IMG/VR virus record: IMGVR_UViG_3300017747_003884
Location: 1 to 36,996 of that record
Reading direction: 5' to 3' (one strand)
Length of the DNA: 36,996 bases
From: a virus
Lineage: Duplodnaviria > Caudoviricetes
In this document: one piece after another, positions 27,000 to 35,601 of the stretch
How the letters are laid out: every line of letters starts with the position of its first letter
How positions within the stretch are numbered: the stretch's first letter is position 1
Notes under the pieces: model-generated
The model's input: the letters and a program-made list of their open reading frames with translations, nothing else
Told to the model about the DNA's origin: nothing
Database searches by the model: none
Translations under genes and position numbers: made by a program

Positions 27000-27518
27000 C
27001 TACTGCGTCTTGAGCTTTGAAAGTATCGCTCTGGCTTCCTGGTGGGTTTTTGTGCCTTGCATTTGGGCCTTCAATTCTTGGCATCTCGCCCGCTCCGCAA
27101 TCTCCCGCTGCCGATCCTCAACAAGCCGCTGCCGTGTCGGGTCCAGCGTTCGATACTGGCCATTCAGGAACATCCGCTCTTCGTGCTCGCGAAGGCGCTG
27201 AACAACCAATTGATCCACCAAGGGGTAGATTAGATTCCAGATTCGGGTAAGTTCGGCGGGGTCGATGGCCGATAAGCCATGGGTGAATTCGTGGCAGGGC
27301 TTGCACAAGCCTTGAAGGTCTTCAAGGCGCTCACTGTACTTGCGCTGGTAGGTGAGATGATGGACGTGGTCGATGCGATGAATGCAGCACCGCTCGCAAA
27401 CCCCGCCAGCCCGTTCATGAACGGCCTTTTTCAGAACACCCCACTCGCGGGAGCACAAATACGCAGCGTACTTCTCGCGGTCGTCGGCAATCATTAACCA
27501 ATCAACCATGACATCCAA
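27000..27518 (-). CDS. HNH endonuclease-like protein
   Basis: Y..YL.S.EW...CERC...HVHHLTY...E...DL.GLCKPCH. Confidence 0.8.
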   Translation of the reverse strand: MDVMVDWLMIADDREKYAAYLCSREWGVLKKAVHERAGGVCERCCIHRIDHVHHLTYQRKYSERLEDLQGLCKPCHEFTHGLSAIDPAELTRIWNLIYPLVDQLVVQRLREHEERMFLNGQYRTLDPTRQRLVEDRQREIAERARCQELKAQMQGTKTHQEARAILSKLKTQ

Positions 27519-27825
27519 CCCTCATCCTAAAGCATCCACACCAACAACATGCCGGTAGATCGAAAGTAACTCTGTCTACTGCCGCAAGCCCGCTGGTCCT
27601 CACCAGTCGGGCTCACGGACAACACACTCGGCAATTGATTTAACGCATGGTACACCAACCTTTTCGTATGTTCGCCGCATTGGGCCACTTCGGACGGTTT
27701 CAACGCCGTTCGAGTGGTTCATTTGATGCCGCAAGCCCGGCGACTGGTCTCCCAGGCAGGGCTGCGGCTTCATCAAGGAAGCAATCAATATTCAGACTTA
27801 GGCCTGCCCGGACGCAGGCCCAAAG

Positions 27826-28149
27826 CTAACCGTACTCCGATGCGGACCTCTCAGGCCGCCGCCGGGAAGTTAGTGGCCGTTGTTGGGCCGGACAAAAAAC
27901 GCCGTCAATCGGAAGAGGTTCCGGCTTCGCGATCAACAGCAGGCAAAACTTGAGCATATCAGTTGTCTTGATTTCTCCCCCGGCAACCGTCCCCTCCAAC
28001 GCGAAGGGGATCAGCTCCGGGCGTTCACCGTTCTCGTTGAAGCCGATAGATGGTTGCGACCCCCAAATACGTGCTCACTTCCCAACCAGGATGAACGGCG
28101 TTTTTCGGTTACTCGAAAAACTGATCGAGAGCGTTGCGTTGATCTTCAT
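27826..28149 (-). pseudogene. 107-codon ORF with an in-frame TGA at codon 25
   Basis: GAGG RBS, ATG 28149; the frame continues 82 codons after TGA (28075-28077). Confidence 0.35.
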
Positions 28150-28274
28150 GGCGACCTCTGTGTATCCGCCCCGGCCCGGACCACCCGGACGCGGGGCTTC
28201 TGACGGTATCGCTTGGTCACTGAACCTTTTCCAGCGACCCCTTTGCTCCACAATCGCAACAACGGCTGACGTTG

Positions 28275-28961
28275 CTATTGGTTACTGACCAGTCGCATGA
28301 GAATTCCGGCTCCACCATCAAACCGAAGAAGAACCAAATCCCTGTTGACCGGGCAGCGTGCGAACTCGGTGCTTGGCAATTCCGCCTTGACCATCTCGAA
28401 GTAAGCCCGCCCAACCTCAACTTCGCTTGTTAAGGCAATGCGGCTGTGCTCCTTCGATTTTCCGGTCCCATTGCAAACGCCACACGGCTTACCATCACGG
28501 CCGCCGTAGTCGCATTCAAAACACCCTTCCCCATTGCAAGGCTTATGGTCCGTGACCGTCTGCATGTCGATTTTGTCGCCGAAGCACTTCCAGCAAAGCC
28601 CCTTGGGATTGCTTCCCGCGATGGCTCGCCACGGCTTCCAGTTGACTGCAATTGGAGAATCCCACGGAAGGTTGCAGGCGTTTGGCGTTCTCGCTTCCTC
28701 GCCAACCTTGTCCGTATCGTTGGCATCAACGCGAACGCAGATGGCGCGATCGGACGCGAACCGGAACAGTCGCCCGTCGCGGTCTTCCTGGGTGAAAGGC
28801 GCCAGCAAATCCCATTTCCGCAATGGGTAGTAGCAGTATTCAGGCTCACAGAACGCTTTCAGGTTGATCGTGTGCGGGCGAGTTTGCCGCAGCCACGTTG
28901 GAACAAGCAGGCTGGCGATTACGCCGCCCGCAGCCCCAATTGCTTGCCGTCGCGTGAGCAT
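28275..28961 (-). CDS. Protein with twin-Arg-like N-terminus and DnaJ-type Zn finger
   Basis: GAGGAGG RBS; MLTRRQAIG; CWKCFG, CNGEG, CFEC and CGVCNGTG. Confidence 0.7.
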   Translation of the reverse strand: MLTRRQAIGAAGGVIASLLVPTWLRQTRPHTINLKAFCEPEYCYYPLRKWDLLAPFTQEDRDGRLFRFASDRAICVRVDANDTDKVGEEARTPNACNLPWDSPIAVNWKPWRAIAGSNPKGLCWKCFGDKIDMQTVTDHKPCNGEGCFECDYGGRDGKPCGVCNGTGKSKEHSRIALTSEVEVGRAYFEMVKAELPSTEFARCPVNRDLVLLRFDGGAGILMRLVSNQ

Positions 28962-29026
28962 CTGACGCCTCCTCTTGTATCCGCCCCGGACGCCGACCAT
29001 CGGCAATCTCGGGGCATCTGACGGGA

Positions 29027-29093
29027 ATTGTAATGAACCATGGCACCATGGTTAAGAGTAAATCATTGACATTTCCGAAACACGGTGTACTAT
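29027..29093. promoter_or_regulatory. Divergent promoters with an 18-bp palindromic operator
   Basis: +: TTGACA-N16-TACTAT (29066-29093); -: TTAACC-N17-TACAAT (29055-29027); AACCATGG-CA-CCATGGTT at 29036-29053. Confidence 0.7.
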
Positions 29094-29122
29094 TTCCTTT
29101 GACGGGCAGCGACGAGGGTTTT

Positions 29123-29314
29123 ATGACTGCAACTATGGCAGAGCGAACCAGAATGATTATTGACACCGAGGAAGCCTTGCGGCTTGCGGTGAAGCTCCGC
29201 GCCATGAAAGACGGTTGCTCCACGTCCGAAGTCGTCAACAAGATCCTGCGGCAGGAACTCCGTGAAGAACTCGCCGACACGCACAAGTACATGCCGAAGA
29301 AACCGAAGTCCTAG
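29123..29314 (+). CDS. Ribbon-helix-helix transcriptional regulator (start 29123 or 29135)
   Basis: RTRMIIDTEEALRLAVKLRA...G.STSEVVNKIL; the only + gene in the early arm. Confidence 0.75.
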   Translation: MTATMAERTRMIIDTEEALRLAVKLRAMKDGCSTSEVVNKILRQELREELADTHKYMPKKPKS

Positions 29315-29319
29315 CCCCC

Positions 29320-29808
29320 TCACCCCTCCCCCGGCTTCCGAAACTGCACCCCCCGCGCAAACTCCGCTGCGACAGAAGCTTGTCGTGCTGCGACCTGGGC
29401 GGGGTCTTCGCCGTGCCAGGGGTTGAGAGTGGTGCCGGACCAGGGGGACCGCGGTCGCGACAGGGTGATGATTTGGCCCGCAGGCACCCAGTGCCACTCT
29501 CCATCGACATCGATCTTGTACGAGAATTTCGCGTCGTTTGCATCGACCGCGATCACTCGGACTTCCATCAGCACCCAGTCGCCGGCTTTGTATTTGAGGG
29601 GTGGCGGAGCTTCGCGGATTAGAATAAGGTCGTCTTGACGGACCCAGATCTCGCCCAAGCTGACCTGATACGGGTAGGCAAGCCACGTTCCGTAATCCAC
29701 TTGAAGGATCTTCGCTTCGCCCGAGGCGTGCGGGCTGTTCACCATCACCCGACCCCCAACCTTAAACTTCAACTCGCTCACGATGAACTCCTTTCCTGCC
29801 GGTTTCAC
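29320..29808 (-). CDS. Hypothetical protein with tandem 'KFKVG/KYKAGD' SH3-like modules (start uncertain)
   Basis: Two repeated small beta modules. Confidence 0.55.
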   Translation of the reverse strand: MKPAGKEFIVSELKFKVGGRVMVNSPHASGEAKILQVDYGTWLAYPYQVSLGEIWVRQDDLILIREAPPPLKYKAGDWVLMEVRVIAVDANDAKFSYKIDVDGEWHWVPAGQIITLSRPRSPWSGTTLNPWHGEDPAQVAARQASVAAEFARGVQFRKPGEG

Positions 29809-30085
29809 GATTGGCGCCCGCTTCGACTAGCTCGCACCTCCGCGGCCGCTGACTTGATGGAGGTATCGGCAACCCGTCCTGAATCTCTTCGTCCGTCGCC
29901 CCATCCGTTCGCCCGCGCAAGTAATCGAGAACCGCCCGCCGCAGGGTCGCCGCTTTGGGCTCGATCTCTTTCGCCGCCGCGACCGAGGTTACCGAATGCC
30001 GCTGGGCGGGAGGCTCGGGAGACAGTTGGTTTGTGGGGGTCGATGACCAGTCGGGGCGGAATTCGGGGAATAAAAGTTGGGTCAT
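29762..30085 (-). CDS. Winged-HTH DNA-binding protein
   Basis: TS.AAA...VLDYL...GATDEEI...RPRRCELVEAG. Confidence 0.65.
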   Translation of the reverse strand: MTQLLFPEFRPDWSSTPTNQLSPEPPAQRHSVTSVAAAKEIEPKAATLRRAVLDYLRGRTDGATDEEIQDGLPIPPSSQRPRRCELVEAGANRETGRKGVHRERVEV

Positions 30086-31194
30086 GGCGTCGCCTCCAAG
30101 CATTCATCAAACAGCGGCATTTCGTAATCCGGCATTTCCCGCAACTCATCGGCGGCTGTGTATCGGGTCGGATAAACGGAATCTTGCCAGCACTGGCGGA
30201 TAAACGCTTCGTCCTCTTCGCGGATCAGCGTGACGCCCGACCTGCACTGAATGTCCATCACCCAATCAAACAGTTTCTTGCGGGCATCCATTCGCAGAGC
30301 CCCGTAGTAGTTCCTGCCATCGGGCTTAACCTTGACGATCCGGTTGTGCGGCTTCCGGGCTTCGTGCCACACGGCGTACAACTCGTTGAGCGGGCTCCCG
30401 GCGCCATTTCGTTTGACCACGTTCTTCGGCGCGATCGCGGATTCTTCAATCGCCGGGCATCCTTGGCATCCGAACCGCGCGACCGCCTCGACTCGGACAT
30501 CGCCATCGAAATCCGGCTGGCCGTATTTGACATCGTAAATTTCGACAAGTTTTCTCGTGACCGCAAAAACGTCTTGCATCAGTTCGGCGTCTTCGCGGCC
30601 AATGGCACCGTTGAGCCAGTCGATAACCTGGCACGTTCGCCAATTGATGATCGGGCTGTATGTGCCGCCGTCAGCGTCTGGAATGCCACACTCGCCGCCC
30701 GCTTCGCATCCCGCCTTGAGCAGCTTCCCGTCTCGTTGTTGCGACTCGCCCCAGCGTAATCCGGTTAGCGTCACGCCCCTGGCATTCACGTCGCGCCAGC
30801 GCTGCATGGGGTCTTTTTTGGTGGAGCGGCTGCACCATCGGAAGTTCTTGATGCCGGGGTGGATCGGCGGCAGTCCGCGCCCAAGAATTTGGCAATAAAG
30901 CCGCTCGTTGACTTCGGGACGAACAACCGCAAATTCCCAACCGCAACCGCCGAGAACGTCAAGCAGTTCCCCCGAGATCGCTTGCAGGGAAGCGTCTTCT
31001 ACCATCGTGTCTGACTGCACCAATTTCGGATTCTTGGCCGTGACCCAACCAGACCGACGAAGCCATTCGATTAGCGTAATCATCGCTGATGAGTCTTTCC
31101 CGCCGCTGAACGCTCCGCACCAATCGCCAGACAAAACAGCGAGCAATTCGGCAGAGGGGAAATAGAACGGCTTCTGTGCGATGGCTGAGATCAC
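30082..31194 (-). CDS. PAPS reductase family / DndC-like protein
   Basis: FSGGKDS, SDT, RWCS..K.DP, GLRWGES.QR, PIINW and RFGCQGCP. Confidence 0.85.
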   Translation of the reverse strand: MISAIAQKPFYFPSAELLAVLSGDWCGAFSGGKDSSAMITLIEWLRRSGWVTAKNPKLVQSDTMVEDASLQAISGELLDVLGGCGWEFAVVRPEVNERLYCQILGRGLPPIHPGIKNFRWCSRSTKKDPMQRWRDVNARGVTLTGLRWGESQQRDGKLLKAGCEAGGECGIPDADGGTYSPIINWRTCQVIDWLNGAIGREDAELMQDVFAVTRKLVEIYDVKYGQPDFDGDVRVEAVARFGCQGCPAIEESAIAPKNVVKRNGAGSPLNELYAVWHEARKPHNRIVKVKPDGRNYYGALRMDARKKLFDWVMDIQCRSGVTLIREEDEAFIRQCWQDSVYPTRYTAADELREMPDYEMPLFDECLEATP

Positions 31195-31436
31195 TTTGCC
31201 ACCCCCTCATGCCGCTTCCGCGATTGCTCCCAGGCCCGCCGCTCCGCTTCCTCGTTCGTTTCACTGCACAGTGAAAACTCGGGGACCATCGTGACATGCA
31301 CGCCGATCTTCTTTTCGCAGTCGGGACAGTCGAAATCGAAATCGGTCATGTAGTCGTAATTCACATGAAGATGGTCAAGGTTAAGGATCTCGCAGCAACA
31401 ATGCGGACATCGCCCATCGTATCTCGTCGTCTTCAT
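31191..31436 (-). CDS. Zn-ribbon protein
   Basis: CPHC ... CPDC. Confidence 0.6.
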   Translation of the reverse strand: MKTTRYDGRCPHCCCEILNLDHLHVNYDYMTDFDFDCPDCEKKIGVHVTMVPEFSLCSETNEEAERRAWEQSRKRHEGVAK

Positions 31437-31693
31437 CGCGGCTCCTTCGTTGGGTTCGCGACTTCGGCGGCAATGGCCCGGTCGATCTCAGCAAGTTTCT
31501 TAGCCGCGGCCCTCTCAACAGCGGTTCGCAAGGCCCGCAAAGCCAATTCGCAGGTAGAGAAAAGGCCGTTCTTTCGCGAATTAACAACGCCATCCCTGTG
31601 AAAGTTGATCCGCCACCCTGACGATGTTTCTGGCTTCAAGTCGGCCAAAACCGTTTCCGTCAGTCGAAACGCGGCGCGCTCTTCGTCGCTCAT
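31433..31693 (-). CDS. Hypothetical protein
   Basis: GAGGA RBS, ATG 31693. Confidence 0.55.
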   Translation of the reverse strand: MSDEERAAFRLTETVLADLKPETSSGWRINFHRDGVVNSRKNGLFSTCELALRALRTAVERAAAKKLAEIDRAIAAEVANPTKEPR

Positions 31694-31745
31694 GATACTT
31701 TGTCCTCGCAAGAAATTGGTGGGGGAAAGTTCACCAAGTAACAAA

Positions 31746-31846
31746 GCAGCAGGCCACCGAGGGGGACATTGCCCGACATTCAGGGTTTACGCACTCCCTG
31801 TCGGATTCCCCGGCCATCGTGCGTTCCGAAGCCCGCGGCCTGCTGC
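31746..31846 (-). promoter_or_regulatory. Branched RNA structure/terminator downstream of ssb
   Basis: Perfect 10-bp closing stem GCAGCAGGCC/GGCCTGCTGC with an internal long hairpin; TTTGTT follows on the - strand. Confidence 0.5.
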
Positions 31847-31862
31847 AAAGAGCTAATGGACG

Positions 31863-32315
31863 CTAAAAGGGAATTTCTTCCTCACTCCTTGCCGGCGGCG
31901 GGTTGAACGCCCCTTCATCGTCATTCGGCGCCGTTGTCCGATCCGGCTGCACGCTCGGCCTCGCATCAACTCGCGGCTCCAAAAACTGAAAGTAATCCAC
32001 GACAACCTTCACCTGGCTCCGCTTCTGACCATCTTGCGATGTCCACTGGTCCAGTTGCAAGCGGCCTTCGATGAAGACCTGGGCGCCTTTGCGTAGCAAC
32101 TCGCACAAGTCCGCTTGTTTGCCGTGTTCGCCGCGGTTGAACGCTTCGACGTTCAGGAACACCGGGTCGTCTTCCCATTGGCCGGTTTGGGAGTTCTTCT
32201 TGCGGTTCGAGACGGCGAAGCCGAACTTCGTGACCTTGCCGCCGTTCGAGAAGGCTTTCACTTCGGGGTCGCGGGTCAGACGACCGATCAGCATGACCTT
32301 GTTGAGATTTGCCAC
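31863..32315 (-). CDS. ssb: Single-stranded DNA-binding protein
   Basis: NLNKVMLIGRLTRDPE; acidic EEEIPF C-terminus. Confidence 0.95.
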   Translation of the reverse strand: MANLNKVMLIGRLTRDPEVKAFSNGGKVTKFGFAVSNRKKNSQTGQWEDDPVFLNVEAFNRGEHGKQADLCELLRKGAQVFIEGRLQLDQWTSQDGQKRSQVKVVVDYFQFLEPRVDARPSVQPDRTTAPNDDEGAFNPPPARSEEEIPF

Positions 32316-32332
32316 GGTGGGCTCCTTGGGGG

Positions 32333-33412
32333 TTACTTCTTGGCCGGGGACAGTTCGCGATACTTAGCGTCCCACGTCACTTTCGTGGCGATCATGAACG
32401 CCTCACCGAGAGCCGCGCGATTCGTGCGGCAGGTTTTCCAAATGATGTCGAGTTCGGCGGTCGTCGTGGCGGCTTCGATGCCGTCTCGGATGTCGGCGGC
32501 CATGGTGTCAACAGAGACGGTTTCGGGTTCGTTGGGGATCTCGCCTTCGGCCAGCGTCTCGACGGGCGCCTTCGGCGGCTTCTCGTCCAGAATCTCGCGC
32601 TCGAGGTCCGTCTTTTCGGCCGGTGTCTTCGCCGCCTCGATCCCAAAGAACTCTTCGGCCTTGGCGAATCCGTCGGTCAGCGACTTGTAGATTTTCCGCA
32701 GTCCCACCAGCTCGACTTCGATGATCGAATCAACTTTGTGATTCAGCCGCTTTTCGATTTGGGCCTTCGTCACGCCCAGCGCCTCAAACTTGGCCAGCAT
32801 GTTCTTGACGCGATCCGCGATCGGTCCTTCGTTGTTGCCCTTCATGGTCTTCTCGCATTCGGCAACCGCCGCATCAACGATATCGCCAGGGATGACGGCC
32901 AGGATGCACGCACGAAGCCGACGGCTCCCCTGGTTGGCCACAAGTTCATAGATGTCCCGCGGATCGGTCAGCGGCTTTTTCCCCTGCTTCGTGTGCCGCT
33001 CGTGCTTGACCGTGAAAACCTTCACCTGCCGGAAATTCGTTTGAAGATCCCACGCGAACGCCATCACTTCGCTTTCTCCGTTGCGCTGGGCGAGTTCCTT
33101 GATTCCGGTGTCCATGTTGCCCCAATTCTGGGCCAACACTTCGGCCAGGCGGATCGATGGACCGCTGATGGTCTCGTTGCCGCGCGGATAAGCGTAAACC
33201 GCTTGCTCGGCGAGCCCCTTGCGTTTGCACGATTGCAGGATGCGGCGCTCTGCCTCGATCTCATCGCGGGGAAATTGCTGCGCCACGAACATCGCCGCTT
33301 GAACTTCTTGAGCCTCACGAGCGATCGCGCCCGAAGCCGCCGTCGAGTGTTTCGCCATCCCGTTGCCGTTACGCTCCGGGGTGGCAAGTTGCATTTCAGA
33401 ACTAATACTCAT
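32333..33412 (-). CDS. Single-strand annealing protein (RecT/ERF-like recombinase)
   Basis: A..FPRD, YAYPRG...GPSIRLAE.LA..WGN, RRLRACILAVIP; lies between the exonuclease and ssb. Confidence 0.75.
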   Translation of the reverse strand: MSISSEMQLATPERNGNGMAKHSTAASGAIAREAQEVQAAMFVAQQFPRDEIEAERRILQSCKRKGLAEQAVYAYPRGNETISGPSIRLAEVLAQNWGNMDTGIKELAQRNGESEVMAFAWDLQTNFRQVKVFTVKHERHTKQGKKPLTDPRDIYELVANQGSRRLRACILAVIPGDIVDAAVAECEKTMKGNNEGPIADRVKNMLAKFEALGVTKAQIEKRLNHKVDSIIEVELVGLRKIYKSLTDGFAKAEEFFGIEAAKTPAEKTDLEREILDEKPPKAPVETLAEGEIPNEPETVSVDTMAADIRDGIEAATTTAELDIIWKTCRTNRAALGEAFMIATKVTWDAKYRELSPAKK

Positions 33413-34245
33413 CAAACGATCTCCTTGAATGACCATGCAGGTAGAGTAAGGGGGACGATTCTTTGCCCAAAAGCGGGCCAGTCATCGGTTTCCAGGCAAT
33501 GCTTGAGCGTTGCGAGATTGGCGCGGTAAAGGTCGCGGCCACGGTCTTTCGACATCGAATCGAGTTCGTACACGGCGACAGCGTAGGGCGGTTCTTTCTC
33601 AACCGCGACAAAAAGAAAAGCCTTCACTTGGCAACCAGCCGCCGCCGCCAACCCGTCGCGATAGAACGAATCCTGAACGTGATAGCGAAAGGCATGGCAT
33701 GACCGCGCGAAAGCCTCTGGGGAAGCGTCAGTTGTCGTTTTCAGGTCCACGGAAATCCGCATCGAGTCAATCCAATGGTCGATGCGGGCCTTGCAATCCA
33801 GCCCGTCCTCGTCCTGCCAGTAGATCGAAACTTCCGACTTGCCCTGAGCCAGCAGCCGCGCCGCGATGGGATGCTTGTGGACGGCGTCACCCATCCGGCG
33901 GCATGTGTCCCATGTCTCCGGGTCGATGATTCGCTTGCCCGCATGCTCCGCAAGGAATTCGTCGCGGGCGGCTTTGTTCGCCTTCACGCGGCAGTCGCCA
34001 AAACTCTTGGCAACCACGACCTCGGCAAGCGTCTTCGCGGTTTCGAGCGTGTAGGCGTGGAACAGGGAACCGAATTCCATGGCCGGCGTCGTTTCGTGCG
34101 GTCCTTCCAGCCATGCCCGGTAATGGGCCGGGGAGCGGGCGATCTTGTCCAGACCGGACTTTGACGCCACGCCCAACGCAGGTTGGTGGTAGTCTTCGGC
34201 GGGAAGATCGTAGACGAGGCCAGAGCGTTCTGCGGTTGTAATCAT
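33412..34245 (-). CDS. RecE/exonuclease VIII-like (DUF3799) PD-(D/E)XK nuclease
   Basis: SPAHY, GSLFH, SEVSIYW, CKARID, DLKTT, YHVQ..FY and VEKEPPY. Confidence 0.9.
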   Translation of the reverse strand: MITTAERSGLVYDLPAEDYHQPALGVASKSGLDKIARSPAHYRAWLEGPHETTPAMEFGSLFHAYTLETAKTLAEVVVAKSFGDCRVKANKAARDEFLAEHAGKRIIDPETWDTCRRMGDAVHKHPIAARLLAQGKSEVSIYWQDEDGLDCKARIDHWIDSMRISVDLKTTTDASPEAFARSCHAFRYHVQDSFYRDGLAAAAGCQVKAFLFVAVEKEPPYAVAVYELDSMSKDRGRDLYRANLATLKHCLETDDWPAFGQRIVPLTLPAWSFKEIV

Positions 34246-34469
34246 TTCCCCCTCCGCTTCTTCGATTCCGCGATCATCGCTTCGGCCACGTTGTAGGACA
34301 TGGTTGCCAGGAACGCCATAAAGTCCGATACCGCCAAGCCTTCATCCATTAGCACCTTTTCCCGGTCGTTGTCGAGCAGGACGCCGTGGACCAATCCCTG
34401 CATCGCCAAACCAGCGAAGTAATCAAGCAGCGGCATAGGGTGCGGCTTCGGGAAGTGGGATTCATTCAT
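34242..34469 (-). CDS. Conserved phage hypothetical ('LLDYFAGLAMQG...AEAMIAE')
   Basis: Motif widespread in phage early genes; AAGGAG RBS. Confidence 0.7.
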   Translation of the reverse strand: MNESHFPKPHPMPLLDYFAGLAMQGLVHGVLLDNDREKVLMDEGLAVSDFMAFLATMSYNVAEAMIAESKKRRGK

Positions 34470-34501
34470 TCTCGCATCTCCTTCGCCCCGCCCCGCAGCC
34501 T

Positions 34502-34535
34502 AAAATAACCCCCGACCGGGAACGCCCCGGTCGGG
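34502..34535 (-). terminator. Terminator-like hairpin
   Basis: 10-bp stem CCCGACCGGG/CCCGGTCGGG (34511-34535) followed by TTATTTT on the - strand. Confidence 0.6.
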
Positions 34536-34584
34536 AGTGCTACGGGCACGCCGGATATCTAGGCCGACGTGCTTTCATCGAAAT

Positions 34585-34661
34585 CGGGGCCGCCAGGACT
34601 CGAACCTGGACATTCGGGCGCCATCACGGCGATGCCTCTCTGCCGATTGAGTTACAGCCCC
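34585..34661 (-). tRNA. tRNA-like element with a degenerate anticodon arm (pseudo-tRNA)
   Basis: Acceptor GGGGCTG/CGGCCCC, D-loop AATCGGCA, T arm CCAGG-TTCGAGT-CCTGG; no canonical anticodon loop; no encoded CCA. Confidence 0.7.
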
Positions 34662-34667
34662 AGAGGC

Positions 34668-35081
34668 TTAGTAGCAGAGGTCGGCTTCGCCACACTTTTG
34701 CTCGTCGTGATCTTCGGGCAAACCCTTGTCGAGCAGCCACAAGATGCGTTTGGCGGCGCCTTGCGGCGTGTCGTCTCTTTCTGACCACCGGCTGCAAAAA
34801 CACCATTCCCACTCGGCTTCAAACTCAATGTCATCAAGGCCAAACACTCGATCCGAATAGAAGGACCAGTCCTCCCCTGGGAGCTTTTCAATGCCGGCGT
34901 ACGGGCCGTGGCCGACAGCGCAACCAACCGCGCCGCAGTCGGTCGCCTCGGTATCCGGCTCCTTCATGTCACTGAAAGTACCCATAGTGAATTTGGCTTT
35001 GAGATTGCCAGCGACCAACAGGTAAGCCGCCAGCTTCCGCAAATTCGCCTCATGCTTATCACTCAAACCGATCACGTTCAT
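34668..35081 (-). CDS. Hypothetical protein ('CGAVGCAVGH' motif)
   Basis: 137 aa; ATGA coupling. Confidence 0.65.
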   Translation of the reverse strand: MNVIGLSDKHEANLRKLAAYLLVAGNLKAKFTMGTFSDMKEPDTEATDCGAVGCAVGHGPYAGIEKLPGEDWSFYSDRVFGLDDIEFEAEWEWCFCSRWSERDDTPQGAAKRILWLLDKGLPEDHDEQKCGEADLCY

Positions 35082-35262
35082 GCGTCATCCCCCTCCTCGA
35101 TACCGGCTATGATCTCCAGCGCCAGCCCAACCAACTCTTCAACGCCCCAGACCAGGGCCAGAAAGATTCCTTTCATCGCAAACCCTCCGTGAGTGATCCG
35201 TGCCCCCTGCCAGTCCAACCGGCGTGGCTCCGTCCGGGGGCGTGTTTCAGTTGGCCGCGTAG

Positions 35263-35601
35263 CTACTCGCCTCTTATCGTCGTTTTGTCCATCATCGCCA
35301 TGCCATCTTTGAGCCCGCGGGCATACCCCTTCTCTTCCTCGCGGCGAAGCAGTTGAGCGTGATCGGCCGCCTGGCTGGTCATCGCGCGAATCAGATCGGA
35401 GTCCTCTTGCCGGTACCGGGCCAGTTCAACCTGTGCGTTACGGAGAGCCGTTAGTAAACTCCCCTCGCCAGGAACCCGCATCATGCACACGGGGGTATCC
35501 GCTTCGGAGCGGCCAAAATGCTCGCCGGCCCATCTGGCTTGAGCCTTTGTAAATGTGGCTCCACAATGAAAACAACGCCATTCAACCTGCTCATCCTTCA
35601 T
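35263..35601 (-). CDS. Hypothetical Zn-binding plus coiled-coil protein
   Basis: WRCFHC...HFG...C; GGAGG RBS. Confidence 0.65.
   Translation of the reverse strand: MKDEQVEWRCFHCGATFTKAQARWAGEHFGRSEADTPVCMMRVPGEGSLLTALRNAQVELARYRQEDSDLIRAMTSQAADHAQLLRREEEKGYARGLKDGMAMMDKTTIRGE

Noticed and set aside
27950-28288. 112-aa + ORF
   Set aside because: Against the local transcription direction, no RBS; mirrors the - strand interrupted ORF
29635-30759. 374-aa + ORF
   Set aside because: Antisense shadow across three real - strand genes
32309-33529. 406-aa + ORF
   Set aside because: Antisense shadow of the annealing-protein gene
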